A DNA stretch of 64,000 nt from positions 47,323 to 111,322 of the forward strand of contig JBHLLG010000003.1 in the NCBI GenBank assembly GCA_048885925.1, written 5' to 3'. Of this stretch, positions 29,582-40,268 are shown in pieces (position 1 is the first letter of the stretch; every line of letters begins with the position of its first letter). The notes below the pieces were generated by a model. It saw only the letters and a program-made list of their open reading frames with translations, made no database searches and was not told the DNA's origin. The DNA comes from Candidatus Hermodarchaeota archaeon (GTDB taxonomy: Archaea > Asgardarchaeota > Lokiarchaeia > Sigyniarchaeales > SOKP01). The position numbers and the translations under genes are program-made.

Positions 29582-30385
29582 ATGATTATTTTGAAGAGAG
29601 AATATGAATTTATTTTATTTGATGTTAATAATGGGATTAGTACTATTTCTTTAAACAGACCTGAAAAGTTTAATGCTCTGCAATATCCATTATTGATGGA
29701 AATTGTGAAAGTATTAGAATCAATCAAGAAAGATAAATCAATTCGGGTAATAGTATTTGAAGGTCGTGGAAAGAATTTTTGTTCTGGCGACGACATGACT
29801 AGTATGGGTTCAGAAGGGGTAAAATTCACACCATTAGAAGATGGTTCAAGAATGCCACACCATAAAGTAGTGCGATTAATACGAGAAATTCAAAAGCCTG
29901 TTATAGCATTGCTTCATGGATATTGTCTAGGAGCAGGATTTGATCTTGCACTTGCCTGTGATTTCAGATTAGCGGCAGATAATCTAAAAATGGGAGATCA
30001 TCGTACTACTAGAGCTCATTGCATACTAAGTGGAACAAGTTGGTTTCTCCCAAGAATCGTGGGTTTTGGAAGAGCAACTGAAATAATTATGACAGGGAGG
30101 CATCTTGATGCAAAGGAAGCGCTAAAGATTGGTTTAGTAAATGATGTTTACCCACTTGATAACTTTAAGCAAAAATCTTTAGAATTTATAGAAAAGATAG
30201 CGAATATGCCAACAAAATGTCTAGGGTATAATAAATCTATGTTGAATTTTTCACAATTTAATGAATTATTTCCATCATTACAGCATGAATTTCGATTATA
30301 TTGCAAAAATATAAGAACTTATGATTTTGGAGAAGGAATGAAATCGTTTAGAAAGAAACGAGATCCCAAATTTAAAGGACGATAG
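29582..30385 (+). CDS. Enoyl-CoA hydratase/isomerase family
   Basis: LNRPEKFNAL, FCSGDD, KPVIALLHGYCLGAG. Confidence 0.9.
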   Translation: MIILKREYEFILFDVNNGISTISLNRPEKFNALQYPLLMEIVKVLESIKKDKSIRVIVFEGRGKNFCSGDDMTSMGSEGVKFTPLEDGSRMPHHKVVRLIREIQKPVIALLHGYCLGAGFDLALACDFRLAADNLKMGDHRTTRAHCILSGTSWFLPRIVGFGRATEIIMTGRHLDAKEALKIGLVNDVYPLDNFKQKSLEFIEKIANMPTKCLGYNKSMLNFSQFNELFPSLQHEFRLYCKNIRTYDFGEGMKSFRKKRDPKFKGR

Positions 30386-30416
30386 ATCTTTTTTATAATT
30401 CAAATATGAATAATAA

Positions 30417-31691
30417 TTGATTGAGATGAATTTATCAAAGGAAATTCAGGAATTTTTATTAAATGATGCTTTAGAACGTTTTTTAAGATATGTAACGGTT
30501 TGGACGACTTCTAGCATAGAATCTGATACAATTCCCTCAACTAAAAATCAACTTGAGTTAGCTAAAATCTTAACTAAAGAACTGAAGGAGCTAGAATTAA
30601 AAGATGTCGTTCAAGATGAGTTGGGTTTTGTTTATGGGTATTTACCACCTAGTAAAGGAAACGAAAAAACAAGACCAATTGGTTTTATGGCACATTTAGA
30701 TACATCAGAATCTGTTAGTGGAAAAGATGTAAAACCTGTAATTCATAAGAATTATGATGGACGTAAAATAAAGTATTCTCAAAATAAGGATTTAACGTTA
30801 TCTATTGAAGATTCTCCCAATTTAGAACAATACATTGGTCTGGATATTATTACTTCACAAGGAGATACTCTATTAGGATCTGATGATAAGGCAGGCATTG
30901 CTGAAATTATGACTGCTTTAGCAGCATGGAAGATATATCCTCAATTAAAACATGGTCCAATTTTTGTTTGTTTTACCCCTGATGAAGAAACTGGAAAAGG
31001 AGTAATAAATAAAGTTGATAAGAAGAAACTTCCAAAAGTATGTTATACTTTAGATGGTGGAGAAATAGGTGAGTTAGAAGTTGAATGTTTTGATGCATGG
31101 CGTGTAGATATAAATTTTAAGGGTTTAAATGTACATACAGGATATGCAAAAAATTTGTTGATTAATGCAGGACATATTGCCTGTAGATTCTTAAGTGAAT
31201 TACCTGAAGCAGAGTCTCCAGAACATACAGAAGAAAGGGAAGGTTTCTTTCATTTAACTAAGTTAAAAGGAACAACAGAAGAAGCTTATGTTCGACTTTT
31301 AATAAGAGATTATGAAGTAAAAAATAATGAAAAGCGAATGGAATATATTAAAAAGTTAAAAGATTTGTATGAATTTCATTATCCAGGATTACAAATTGAA
31401 TTAAATTTTCATAATCAATACAAAAATATGCTTAATTATATTGAGAAAGATAAAGTTATAATTGATTTAGCCAAAAAAGCAATAGAACAAGCGGGATTAG
31501 AGTTAAAAATAAAATCTATTAGAGGAGGTACTGATGGGTCACAGCTCAGTGAAATCGGGATTCCTACTCCAAATCTTTTTACTGGAGGATTATTATTTCA
31601 CTCCAGGAAAGAGTATATCCCTACGCTAGCTTTACAAAAAGCAGCTGAAGTTTTAATATATTTAGCTCACCTATGGACTCAACAAGAATAG
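30417..31691 (+). CDS. pepT: Peptidase T (M20B tripeptidase)
   Basis: AHLDT, LGSDDKAGIAEI, FTPDEE, IRGGTDG, FHSRKE. Confidence 0.92.
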   Translation: MIEMNLSKEIQEFLLNDALERFLRYVTVWTTSSIESDTIPSTKNQLELAKILTKELKELELKDVVQDELGFVYGYLPPSKGNEKTRPIGFMAHLDTSESVSGKDVKPVIHKNYDGRKIKYSQNKDLTLSIEDSPNLEQYIGLDIITSQGDTLLGSDDKAGIAEIMTALAAWKIYPQLKHGPIFVCFTPDEETGKGVINKVDKKKLPKVCYTLDGGEIGELEVECFDAWRVDINFKGLNVHTGYAKNLLINAGHIACRFLSELPEAESPEHTEEREGFFHLTKLKGTTEEAYVRLLIRDYEVKNNEKRMEYIKKLKDLYEFHYPGLQIELNFHNQYKNMLNYIEKDKVIIDLAKKAIEQAGLELKIKSIRGGTDGSQLSEIGIPTPNLFTGGLLFHSRKEYIPTLALQKAAEVLIYLAHLWTQQE

Positions 31692-31705
31692 CATCTTAAT
31701 ATAAT

Positions 31706-32494
31706 TTATAATATATTTAATCTTGACAATGCAGCTAAAGCAATTTCACCCTCCAGACTTACACATTCTTTATATTCTTCTTCCCTCCAAGGAATTTTCC
31801 ATCTATTAAGAGGATTATAATAGCTATAGAAAAAAGCGCCAAAATTTACATTATTTTGCTTACAAATTGTTCCTAAGACATTAAGCTCCCCATTTTCCAT
31901 CGAAATACAACCTTTTTTCTGCAATTCATATATTTCTTGTCTTTTAATTTGATAAAATGCTTCTTTACAATAATTCTTCCCAATGTGATAATCAACAGTC
32001 CTTTTTTTTGTTTCTTCTATAAATATATTAATAACTTGTTTATCTAATTCAATTTCTTCATCCTGTTTTCTTCCATAATGTATAGATGTTCCATCTATCC
32101 CCAAACCATGCGTAGGAATAAGATAATCAAGTAATTTTACGTTTTCACCCATTCCCCAAGACCCGCAAACTAAGAAAATAGTTTTAGCTCCACAAAAGAT
32201 CAAATCTTCTGCAATTGATGCTATTGGCGATGCACCCATAGGTGGTATCAAAACTGTGATAGGTATTTCTTTAAATTTCCCTCGATATATATAATCTGGT
32301 GCAATGTAGGGGTGAAATGGCATCAACCATTCTACTTGTTCTATTTTAACTTTATCTTTTAAAAAATTCAAAAGAAATCTAGAAAAAATGATCATAACAT
32401 TTGAATCAACATTGAAATCTTTTTCATCTTTATTTGAAGATTCTATCGCTGCTTGAATTACATCTTTTGAGGTACAGCATAACTCATCTTTCAT
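31706..32494 (-). CDS. Nucleoside phosphorylase (PNP/UDP) family protein
   Basis: MGASPIA, GSWG, DGTSIHY and ISMENGE motifs. Confidence 0.75.
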   Translation of the reverse strand: MKDELCCTSKDVIQAAIESSNKDEKDFNVDSNVMIIFSRFLLNFLKDKVKIEQVEWLMPFHPYIAPDYIYRGKFKEIPITVLIPPMGASPIASIAEDLIFCGAKTIFLVCGSWGMGENVKLLDYLIPTHGLGIDGTSIHYGRKQDEEIELDKQVINIFIEETKKRTVDYHIGKNYCKEAFYQIKRQEIYELQKKGCISMENGELNVLGTICKQNNVNFGAFFYSYYNPLNRWKIPWREEEYKECVSLEGEIALAALSRLNIL

Positions 32495-32556
32495 TTTTTG
32501 AATTAACCCAAAATATTAAATATTAATAAATCTGAAATTGATGTTATTTAAAAGAA

Positions 32557-33780
32557 TTATTCCTTTTTTTGAATTATTTTTGAAAAATCAGTCACCGAGA
32601 ATATTAGGATACAAATGAGTAATAGAATTGAAGTATAAATAAATGCCCAGGTATATGAAAATAAATCATATATTAAGCCAAAAATTAATGATTCTCCCAT
32701 GGATATAAGCCCCACTGACAAGTAATAGTAGCCATAAGCCCGACCTCTTTTTCTTTTACCTGCTAAATCAGCGATATAAGCCCGTGATATTGGATCAACA
32801 GATGCCAAATAAAAGCCATACATTATAAAAATAATTATTATTAAAACAAAAGAAAATATTGAAATATTAATAGGAAATGATAAAAGAATACAGGAAACTA
32901 AAAGAACTAATAATCCAATATCTATTATTATTTTTCTTCCAAATTTATCAGACATGCTTCCAGTAATAGGCGAAAATAATGTGTATACAATATTACTTAC
33001 CATGTAGAAGATTGGGATAAAATAAATTAACTCAACGTAATCTCCCGCCCTGATTTGAAGAAAAGCAATATCCAAACTAGCAAATTCGATAACTCCCAAA
33101 ATAATTATTAATTTTATGAAATTTTTATCTAATTTTTTATATATTGGTTTTTCTTCTTGAAATCCTAATTTATCATCAATCTTATTTGGATCTACATCTT
33201 TAATTGTTAAAATTAAAATTATAGCAATAAAACCAGGAAAAATTGAGAAAAAGATTATCTGTGAGTACGTCCAAGTTAAAAATAGGAATAAAAAAGCTAG
33301 TAATGAACCAATAACCGCACCGAATGTATCCATCGCTCTATGTAGTCCAAAAGCTTTTCCCTTTTCAGTGGCATAATAAGATATAAGAGTATCTCTTGAG
33401 GAAGTTCTTAATCCTTTACCAAAGCGATCAATACTTTTCATTCCTAATATATATTCCCAAGAAGGACTAAATGCCATAAATGGTTTAGAAAGATTTGATA
33501 GAGCATAACCTCCTACTACAAATGGCTTCCTTTTATTTATTCTATCACTCATCCAACCAGAGATACCTTTTAAAATATTCGCAATGGCAGTTGTCAATCC
33601 TGTAATTAATCCTAAAATTAATCCGGTTCCGCCTACTTCAAAAATGAAATAAGGTAATATACTTTGTATCATTTCGCTTGATATATCAGTAAAGAAAGAA
33701 ACTAATCCCATTATGAAGATTGGAACGGAGACTCCAAAGATGAATTTAACTCTCCTTGCTTTTTTTTCTTTTTTATCCAT
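32557..33780 (-). CDS. MFS transporter
   Basis: GWMSDRINKRK and GSMSDKFGRK (motif A); 12 TM. Confidence 0.9.
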   Translation of the reverse strand: MDKKEKKARRVKFIFGVSVPIFIMGLVSFFTDISSEMIQSILPYFIFEVGGTGLILGLITGLTTAIANILKGISGWMSDRINKRKPFVVGGYALSNLSKPFMAFSPSWEYILGMKSIDRFGKGLRTSSRDTLISYYATEKGKAFGLHRAMDTFGAVIGSLLAFLFLFLTWTYSQIIFFSIFPGFIAIILILTIKDVDPNKIDDKLGFQEEKPIYKKLDKNFIKLIIILGVIEFASLDIAFLQIRAGDYVELIYFIPIFYMVSNIVYTLFSPITGSMSDKFGRKIIIDIGLLVLLVSCILLSFPINISIFSFVLIIIIFIMYGFYLASVDPISRAYIADLAGKRKRGRAYGYYYLSVGLISMGESLIFGLIYDLFSYTWAFIYTSILLLICILIFSVTDFSKIIQKKE

Positions 33781-33991
33781 AATTATTAGAGAATTCTTAG
33801 AATGTTATATAAAAGGTAAATTTATAAATAAGGATAATCAAATTCAAATTTATTAAAATTATTTTATACCAAAATCATAGATTAATAAAATTGCTATTCA
33901 ATACTCTGTATATTTTCCATGACTTTTATGAAACTTTATAAATCTCGAATAAATTTTTATTATTATATAAATCGTTTTTAAAGTAATTCCA

Positions 33992-34678
33992 ATGTCAGAT
34001 GAAAAAAAGACTTTAAATGTTATTGATGAAACTATTCAAGCAGCAGAGTCAAGTTTTAAAGAATTCATTGATGTATTAGAAACATCCAGAACTGCATTAT
34101 TAAAACTTGAAAATGATAAAATAGAGCTAAGTAATGTTAAAGAACAACTTGAAACAGAAAAAATACAACTAGAAGAGGAAAAAAATAAGCTGGAAAACGT
34201 AAAACGACAATTAGAGGCTGATAAGAAAAAATTAGAAGAAGAAACTAGAAAACTTGAAATTGAAAAACAAGAACGAGACCAAAAGATAGGTTCTTTGACA
34301 GAAGAACAAATGAAACTATTAGATGAATATAGAAAAGTAAAAGTGGAATTAGAGAAATTTATGAAAGCTGCTGAGGAAGCTGAAGAAGCAGAATATAATT
34401 TTGAGAGAGTTCGTGCTCTATTATCGATTTATACAGTCTTAGTTTCTGAGATTTGGCAAGGCCAACCTCATTATAGAATTCTCATGACTCTTCATGGTGA
34501 AACTGACGAAATGTCAAGAGATCAAATAAAGAATACAACTGGAATAGGTGGTGCATTTGTCTTACATTCAGTACAAGAATTAGCGAAAGTTGGGCTTGTA
34601 GACTATGATATGGATACGGGTATGGTGAAATTGAAAAAACGTCTATTTCCTAAAAAAGCATTAGAAGAAAAGAAATAA
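33992..34678 (+). CDS. Coiled-coil protein with C-terminal winged-helix domain
   Basis: Eight Leu-initiated heptads, then MSRDQIKNTTGIGGAFVLHSVQELAKVGLVDYD. Confidence 0.75.
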   Translation: MSDEKKTLNVIDETIQAAESSFKEFIDVLETSRTALLKLENDKIELSNVKEQLETEKIQLEEEKNKLENVKRQLEADKKKLEEETRKLEIEKQERDQKIGSLTEEQMKLLDEYRKVKVELEKFMKAAEEAEEAEYNFERVRALLSIYTVLVSEIWQGQPHYRILMTLHGETDEMSRDQIKNTTGIGGAFVLHSVQELAKVGLVDYDMDTGMVKLKKRLFPKKALEEKK

Positions 34679-34690
34679 ATCTTTTAATTA

Positions 34691-35674
34691 TTATTTTTTT
34701 GGTTTTAGAACTTCAGGATCTTTAATTTCTAAACCAGCGTTTATACCTAAATCATCAATGATCAAAATCTCTTTCCTTTTATCAAATAGTTTTAATCTAA
34801 TTTTTGAGTTAATACTTTCAGCAATATGACCTGACATAACTCCAACTTTTGGAGCTTTTAAAAGACCAGAACCAATCCCTTTTTTAGCCACCTGAAAATC
34901 AAGAGTATATTTTTTATCCTCAACAATAACATGAAGAATATCAGGTAAAATATCTAAAGATTTAATTTTTGCACTAGTATAGGTTGCAAATTTATAGAAA
35001 TCTCCTTCATACCAAAGTGCACTTAAAAATCCATTAAATTTCATTCCTAAGAAAGGAATTTTTGCAATTGAGAACATAAATGAGAGATTAGGATTCGAAA
35101 AATGATTTGATTGTGTCCAAACCCATGCACTTGGAAAGGATTTACCCCAATCTTTTTCAATATATCCTTTTCCATTATCAAAATTGATAAATTCTCCGTC
35201 AATTGTGAGAGTACCTCGAATTTCATGATTCATACTCACCATTCCATGGTAAGTTTCCATAAATGGCACATAAGAAAACCAACCCATCACCCCCGGCTGT
35301 AAGAATTTTTTAGGCCAAAGAATTGGATTTATATATTCAAGATCTCCTTTAATTTTATGGTTTTGTTGATCTATATCAATATGTATTCGCTCTAAGGAAA
35401 AATAATTTTTCCCAATTTGAATTTTATATTTCTTATTTGAGAGATTTTCGAAATCTTCTAAACGATATTTAAAGTATTCAACAGATGCGTTAATTCCATC
35501 CAAATATTGTATAAATGCATGCGAAGTTTTTTCCTTTTTATTCAATGCTATAGTTGGAATAATAGCATATATATGATTTGCCGATGAATCTACAATTTTA
35601 TTATACCAACCTTCGAAATAAAATTTCTTTTTTAAACTACCCTGAAATACATTAGGTCTACTTCTTTTTCCCAT
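34691..35674 (-). CDS. Tocopherol cyclase family protein
   Basis: YFEGWY, GVMGWFSYVPFMETYH, GYIEKDWGKSFPSAWVW. Confidence 0.88.
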   Translation of the reverse strand: MGKRSRPNVFQGSLKKKFYFEGWYNKIVDSSANHIYAIIPTIALNKKEKTSHAFIQYLDGINASVEYFKYRLEDFENLSNKKYKIQIGKNYFSLERIHIDIDQQNHKIKGDLEYINPILWPKKFLQPGVMGWFSYVPFMETYHGMVSMNHEIRGTLTIDGEFINFDNGKGYIEKDWGKSFPSAWVWTQSNHFSNPNLSFMFSIAKIPFLGMKFNGFLSALWYEGDFYKFATYTSAKIKSLDILPDILHVIVEDKKYTLDFQVAKKGIGSGLLKAPKVGVMSGHIAESINSKIRLKLFDKRKEILIIDDLGINAGLEIKDPEVLKPKK

Positions 35675-35739
35675 AATATCCCTAAATAATTATTCAATTC
35701 CAATTTATTTATTGTTTATCGCTAAAATAATAAAAATAA

Positions 35740-36153
35740 TTAAGTTTCTTCTGTTAAAAATTTAAACATTTTCAATAAAAGGAGTAATTTCCTTATCCCT
35801 CGCATTTTTATTTTTCTTTTAAGCCACATTTTAGCAACTCCAAGCATTGACAATCGACTCATAGCGATCGCAAGGAAAGTTTGTGTATCCATCTCTAAAA
35901 ATGCGTGCCACCCTACTTTTTTCTTATTTAAGTTTGTTTTAGGTTTATTAGGAATACTCTTAACTTTCACAGATCCATGATCAATTACTATTAATGCAGC
36001 GTATTTTAAATTAGAAGCATTCAAGAGAATTTTAGCATCAATATTTTTAAATTTATCTTGAAATGCCTTATTTTCATTTAAAGGAAGGAGAATACTATTA
36101 ATTAAAGCAGCAAAACCCCTTATTTTGTTCTCATCTTTGTTTGTATCTATCAT
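35740..36153 (-). CDS. SCP2-like lipid-binding domain protein
   Basis: LEMDTQTFLAIA...MWLKRKIKMRG SCP2-like C-terminus. Confidence 0.7.
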   Translation of the reverse strand: MIDTNKDENKIRGFAALINSILLPLNENKAFQDKFKNIDAKILLNASNLKYAALIVIDHGSVKVKSIPNKPKTNLNKKKVGWHAFLEMDTQTFLAIAMSRLSMLGVAKMWLKRKIKMRGIRKLLLLLKMFKFLTEET

Positions 36154-36162
36154 GACAATAAT

Positions 36163-37746
36163 TCATATATCTTGTTTTAATCTATTATTTGGTGAAATAT
36201 AAAATCCGGAATCAGAAATATCATTTGGATCAAATGCTTCTTTTATCTTTCTTAACCAGATATGATAATTCGACATATGAGGTCCAAAGAGATCATGCAA
36301 ACGATTTCCTTCTACAAAAAATGGAGCACCAAGATGTTTAAGTAAGTCTAATTGAAAACTTTTCCCTATATAGTCAGCCATTCCAGTGATGCTGTTTTTA
36401 TCTGTTTGATCGAAAAAAGTTAGGGCTTCTAAATGAAAATAATGTCCTGATTCATAGGAACTCATCCATGCACCTTCTCCAAAATCATTGACAATTACAC
36501 CTTTTTTAATATATTTTTTTTTTAATGGAATATTCACTGACGCACTGCGAAGGCATACTAATGCTGTATCGGCTCCTCCTTCTGCTGACTGCATACTTCC
36601 AGTTGCTAAAAAACCATGTAATCCTAAGTTAGATCGAAGTGCTTCGGCATAAAAAATTGGATTTGGAATATATAAAGTCCCTATTATATTTTTTAAATTT
36701 AATTTCTTCAATAAGAAATCCATTACTTTTTGTTTGTAATCAAATTCTCGCTTGGTTCTAGCAGCTATTAATACAACTAAAGGAGCTTGCATCCTTCCTA
36801 ATGCTACTTTATCCAATAAACTTTCCGTTGAATTAGAAAATATAGCCATCACAGCATAATTACATAAATAACTACACATAAATGAGATTTCTTCCTCTTC
36901 TACTCTCAAGATAGCAGATTCAAGTTTTTTAAAATTTCCACAATCCATTATATATAATTTCATGAATTTGGGAATAATAAAATCATAATTAGGAGAAAAT
37001 CCTTTAATATTATAATCACTACTACAAGGAAAAGGAAATAATTTTACAGCAACTTTTGTAAAAACACCTAGACCTGATTTTGTACCTGAATAACCTCTCA
37101 TTATTCCTCTTAGACTAGGACCTGGGCCATCTCCGTGATACCAATCAGGAGTGTTCTTTAATCCGTAAGATCCTAATTTCATTATTTCTCCATCAGGTAA
37201 TACCCATTCAACACCTAGTACATTCCTAGCACTATAACCTGTAGAAGGAGACGTAAAGCCAGGACCATTCATTGATGTAGAGCTAGCAAGAGGAGAAACT
37301 TGAGGACCAGCACCAGGCATATGGCAATTGAGTCCATATTTCATAACTTCAACTTGTAATTGAGCTCCACTCACATATGGTTCAATTACAGCATAAAGAT
37401 TTTTTTCATCAATTTTTACGATTTTATTCATTCTACGCATATCAAAAATAATGCAGTTATCAGTAGATGGTTGATTCCATGGTCCAAGACCAGTGGACTG
37501 AGCTTTAAATTGGAGTCCATATTTGTTACATAATTTTATAAGTTTTTGAACTTCTTCTGTTGTTGATGGTAATACAACTGCTCTAGGAACGGGAGAAAAA
37601 GGAATTGGTTCTTTACCTTCCATATAGTTAAAAATTTCTGTACACCAATTGTAAGCATAGACATTTGTAATTACATCACCATCATCTATATTTCCTACGC
37701 CAACTACTTTTTCAAATTCTCTAAAAATGTTTTTTTCCAAGGTCAT
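36163..37746 (-). CDS. FAD-binding oxidoreductase (VAO/GlcD family)
   Basis: PRAVVLPSTTEEVQ, DMRRMNKI, VLGVEWVLPDG, IKEAFDPND. Confidence 0.88.
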   Translation of the reverse strand: MTLEKNIFREFEKVVGVGNIDDGDVITNVYAYNWCTEIFNYMEGKEPIPFSPVPRAVVLPSTTEEVQKLIKLCNKYGLQFKAQSTGLGPWNQPSTDNCIIFDMRRMNKIVKIDEKNLYAVIEPYVSGAQLQVEVMKYGLNCHMPGAGPQVSPLASSTSMNGPGFTSPSTGYSARNVLGVEWVLPDGEIMKLGSYGLKNTPDWYHGDGPGPSLRGIMRGYSGTKSGLGVFTKVAVKLFPFPCSSDYNIKGFSPNYDFIIPKFMKLYIMDCGNFKKLESAILRVEEEEISFMCSYLCNYAVMAIFSNSTESLLDKVALGRMQAPLVVLIAARTKREFDYKQKVMDFLLKKLNLKNIIGTLYIPNPIFYAEALRSNLGLHGFLATGSMQSAEGGADTALVCLRSASVNIPLKKKYIKKGVIVNDFGEGAWMSSYESGHYFHLEALTFFDQTDKNSITGMADYIGKSFQLDLLKHLGAPFFVEGNRLHDLFGPHMSNYHIWLRKIKEAFDPNDISDSGFYISPNNRLKQDI

Positions 37747-39051
37747 TTAAGTTACCTCCACAGACGATTTTTTACCGAATTTATTTTGTGAATCGAGCGT
37801 TAATAAAATTAACTCACTTATATCATAGAATCTCAAATTAGAACCTTTATCGTCAATTCCATCTTTTAAATTAGTAGAACAAAAAGGACATGCAGAGGAG
37901 ATTATTTCTGCTCCTGTATCTTCAGCTTCCTCGATCCTAGATTTAGCAGTTTTGAGAGCAAATTCTGGAAATGCGGATTTCACACCACCTCCCGCGCCAC
38001 AACAATATGCATATTCTTTAATCCTTTCCATCTCAATAAAATTAAGTCCTGGTATTTTTTCAAGTAATTTTCTTGGAGCTTCATAGATTCCATATGTACC
38101 ACATCTCTTTGGTCTTTCAGGTATATTAATTGATACAAGTGGCATCATTTGTAGTTCATCACCATCCCAATCTTCATAAAGTTCAGAATTACGCCCCAAA
38201 TGGCAAGGATCGTGGTAGGTTACATTATAGGGGACTTCTCTAGTCAATTCTAATTTTGAATCCTCAATTAACTCATTAAACAATTGTGTTGTGTGAAGAA
38301 CCTTAAAATTATAATCTTTTTCTAAGACATAGTCAACTTTAAATGTATCATAACATCCAGCACAGCTAAAAACAACAGTTTCAATACCCTCTTTTTCAAT
38401 AATATCAATATTTTTATGTACCTGATCCAAAAATGATTTTGTATCTCCGGTTCTTAGGATGGGACTTCCACAACAAAATTCATTCTCAGTAAGAATTCTA
38501 AACGAGTAGTTTGCTGCATTCATTATACGAGCAGTAGAAATTGCTATTTCTTTTCTCCTGTAAGATGAGGTGCATCCAACAAAATATAAAACCTTTGCAT
38601 TAGGATCTATCTTGATATCATGAGGTAGCCAATCCATCCTCTTTTCATGAGCTTCATTATATGGATTATTCATATTTTTTATGGATTGAATATAGCGTTG
38701 TTGCTCTGACATTGGTCCATATCCTAAAGAAACCAGTTTTTCTCTGAGTTTTACAATGATTTCAAGTGGCTCTAGAGTATTTAAAAATTTACAAGCAATA
38801 GCACATCCTCCACATTCAGTACATTTGTATACGATTTCAGTTAATTCTTCAGATGGTTTCAATCTTCCCATTTCTAGTGCTAAGGCTATTATTATTCGAC
38901 CACCTCCACTATATGCATGAAAGTTATAAATATCTATTGAAGGACAAATTGTAGCATATTTTTGACTTTTTATTTGTAACTGTGGTATCCATTTACATAT
39001 GGAGCATCGGAGACAGCTTTGAATCATTTGTTTATATTCTTGATCATTCAA
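37747..39051 (-). CDS. Fe-S oxidoreductase (GlcF/HdrD-like; 4Fe-4S plus two CCG domains)
   Basis: CLRCSIC, CTECGGC, FCCGSP, YHDPCHLGR, CCGAGGG, ACPFC. Confidence 0.9.
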   Translation of the reverse strand: MNDQEYKQMIQSCLRCSICKWIPQLQIKSQKYATICPSIDIYNFHAYSGGGRIIIALALEMGRLKPSEELTEIVYKCTECGGCAIACKFLNTLEPLEIIVKLREKLVSLGYGPMSEQQRYIQSIKNMNNPYNEAHEKRMDWLPHDIKIDPNAKVLYFVGCTSSYRRKEIAISTARIMNAANYSFRILTENEFCCGSPILRTGDTKSFLDQVHKNIDIIEKEGIETVVFSCAGCYDTFKVDYVLEKDYNFKVLHTTQLFNELIEDSKLELTREVPYNVTYHDPCHLGRNSELYEDWDGDELQMMPLVSINIPERPKRCGTYGIYEAPRKLLEKIPGLNFIEMERIKEYAYCCGAGGGVKSAFPEFALKTAKSRIEEAEDTGAEIISSACPFCSTNLKDGIDDKGSNLRFYDISELILLTLDSQNKFGKKSSVEVT

Positions 39052-39215
39052 TAATCTGATAAATCCCCTTTTTATTTGATTTAAAGAAATTGATCTTGAC
39101 AGTGAAATAAATTAATTTTTAATCAAATAAAACGATAACTATTAAGAAATCTCTGGTTATTCGTTAAATTCTAAATAATTTTCTAAAAACAAGAATTTAA
39201 GTGAACTGTAAAAAT

Positions 39216-40100
39216 TCACTTAATTTGTGAGAGTTTTTCCCAATATTCCTTTATATTCCATTCTTTTTTCGTTTTAATTTTAAAAGCGATTTTTGTAAGA
39301 ATATCTCTAATTCTTTTAGAATTTAGATAATGGAAATTTGGTGTTATTGCACATAACATAAAAGTTCCTCTTCCACTTTGAGCTACTACTTCTGTATTGT
39401 CATCTATTTTATCTATTAAAGCATAAGCATCTATTAAATCTTTTACAACTCTCATAGTAAATTGATTCTTATTAAAAATTTTTTCAAATTCATAAACCTT
39501 TATGAGAATGGAATATAATTGAGTTGTAAGTTCTTTAAGATTAAGTGAAGGAATTAAATTTTTAGGGAAATAATTCGATATTACAGGTCCAGAAGTTTCA
39601 TTCCAAATCATATAAAAGATGTAGTTGAAATCAACTTTACTAAGCTTTTTAAGAGAGGGTTCTTCAAACTTTAAGATATCCTTAAGTTTTTCTTCAAAAA
39701 TTTGTGCTTTTTCTCTAATTTCTCTACTTTCGTTAATTTTTTCTTCAATTTTTTCTAATAGTTCTTTTGGACTAAAAGGTTTTGTAATGTAATCATCAAC
39801 ACCAAGCATTTTACCAAATCTTACATCATCAGGTTCTGTTTTTCCCGATAAAAAAAAGAATGGAATTCTTGACCACTCTGAATTTTCCGAAACCTTCATA
39901 TAAAAATCATACCCATCCATTTCTGGCATTAAAATATCACTGATTATAATATCGGGGGGATATTGGAGATTTGAGAGAACATCTAGAGCTTCTTTTCCAT
40001 TTAAAGCGGATATTAAATTATGGTTATTCATTTCTAAGAATACTTTGAAATTTTCAACTAAAACTACATCATCTTCAACCAAAAAAACATGAAGTTTCAT
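39216..40100 (-). CDS. Response-regulator receiver fused to a uDENN/longin-like domain
   Basis: Receiver motifs LVEDD, SDILMPEMDG and YITKPF; C-terminal FYMIWNETSGPVISNYFP. Confidence 0.85.
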   Translation of the reverse strand: MKLHVFLVEDDVVLVENFKVFLEMNNHNLISALNGKEALDVLSNLQYPPDIIISDILMPEMDGYDFYMKVSENSEWSRIPFFFLSGKTEPDDVRFGKMLGVDDYITKPFSPKELLEKIEEKINESREIREKAQIFEEKLKDILKFEEPSLKKLSKVDFNYIFYMIWNETSGPVISNYFPKNLIPSLNLKELTTQLYSILIKVYEFEKIFNKNQFTMRVVKDLIDAYALIDKIDDNTEVVAQSGRGTFMLCAITPNFHYLNSKRIRDILTKIAFKIKTKKEWNIKEYWEKLSQIK

Positions 40101-40268
40101 GATTAATATTTAAAATGCTTGGGAAAGTTATATTAATTCTCACTTATAATAAAAAAAGAAATATTTAACGTTTATGAAAACGAAATAATGGTTAATTTCA
40201 TTTAAAAAATCTTATGATAAAAAATATGTAATTTAAATTCAGTAATTTATAAAATAAATTTTAATCAT

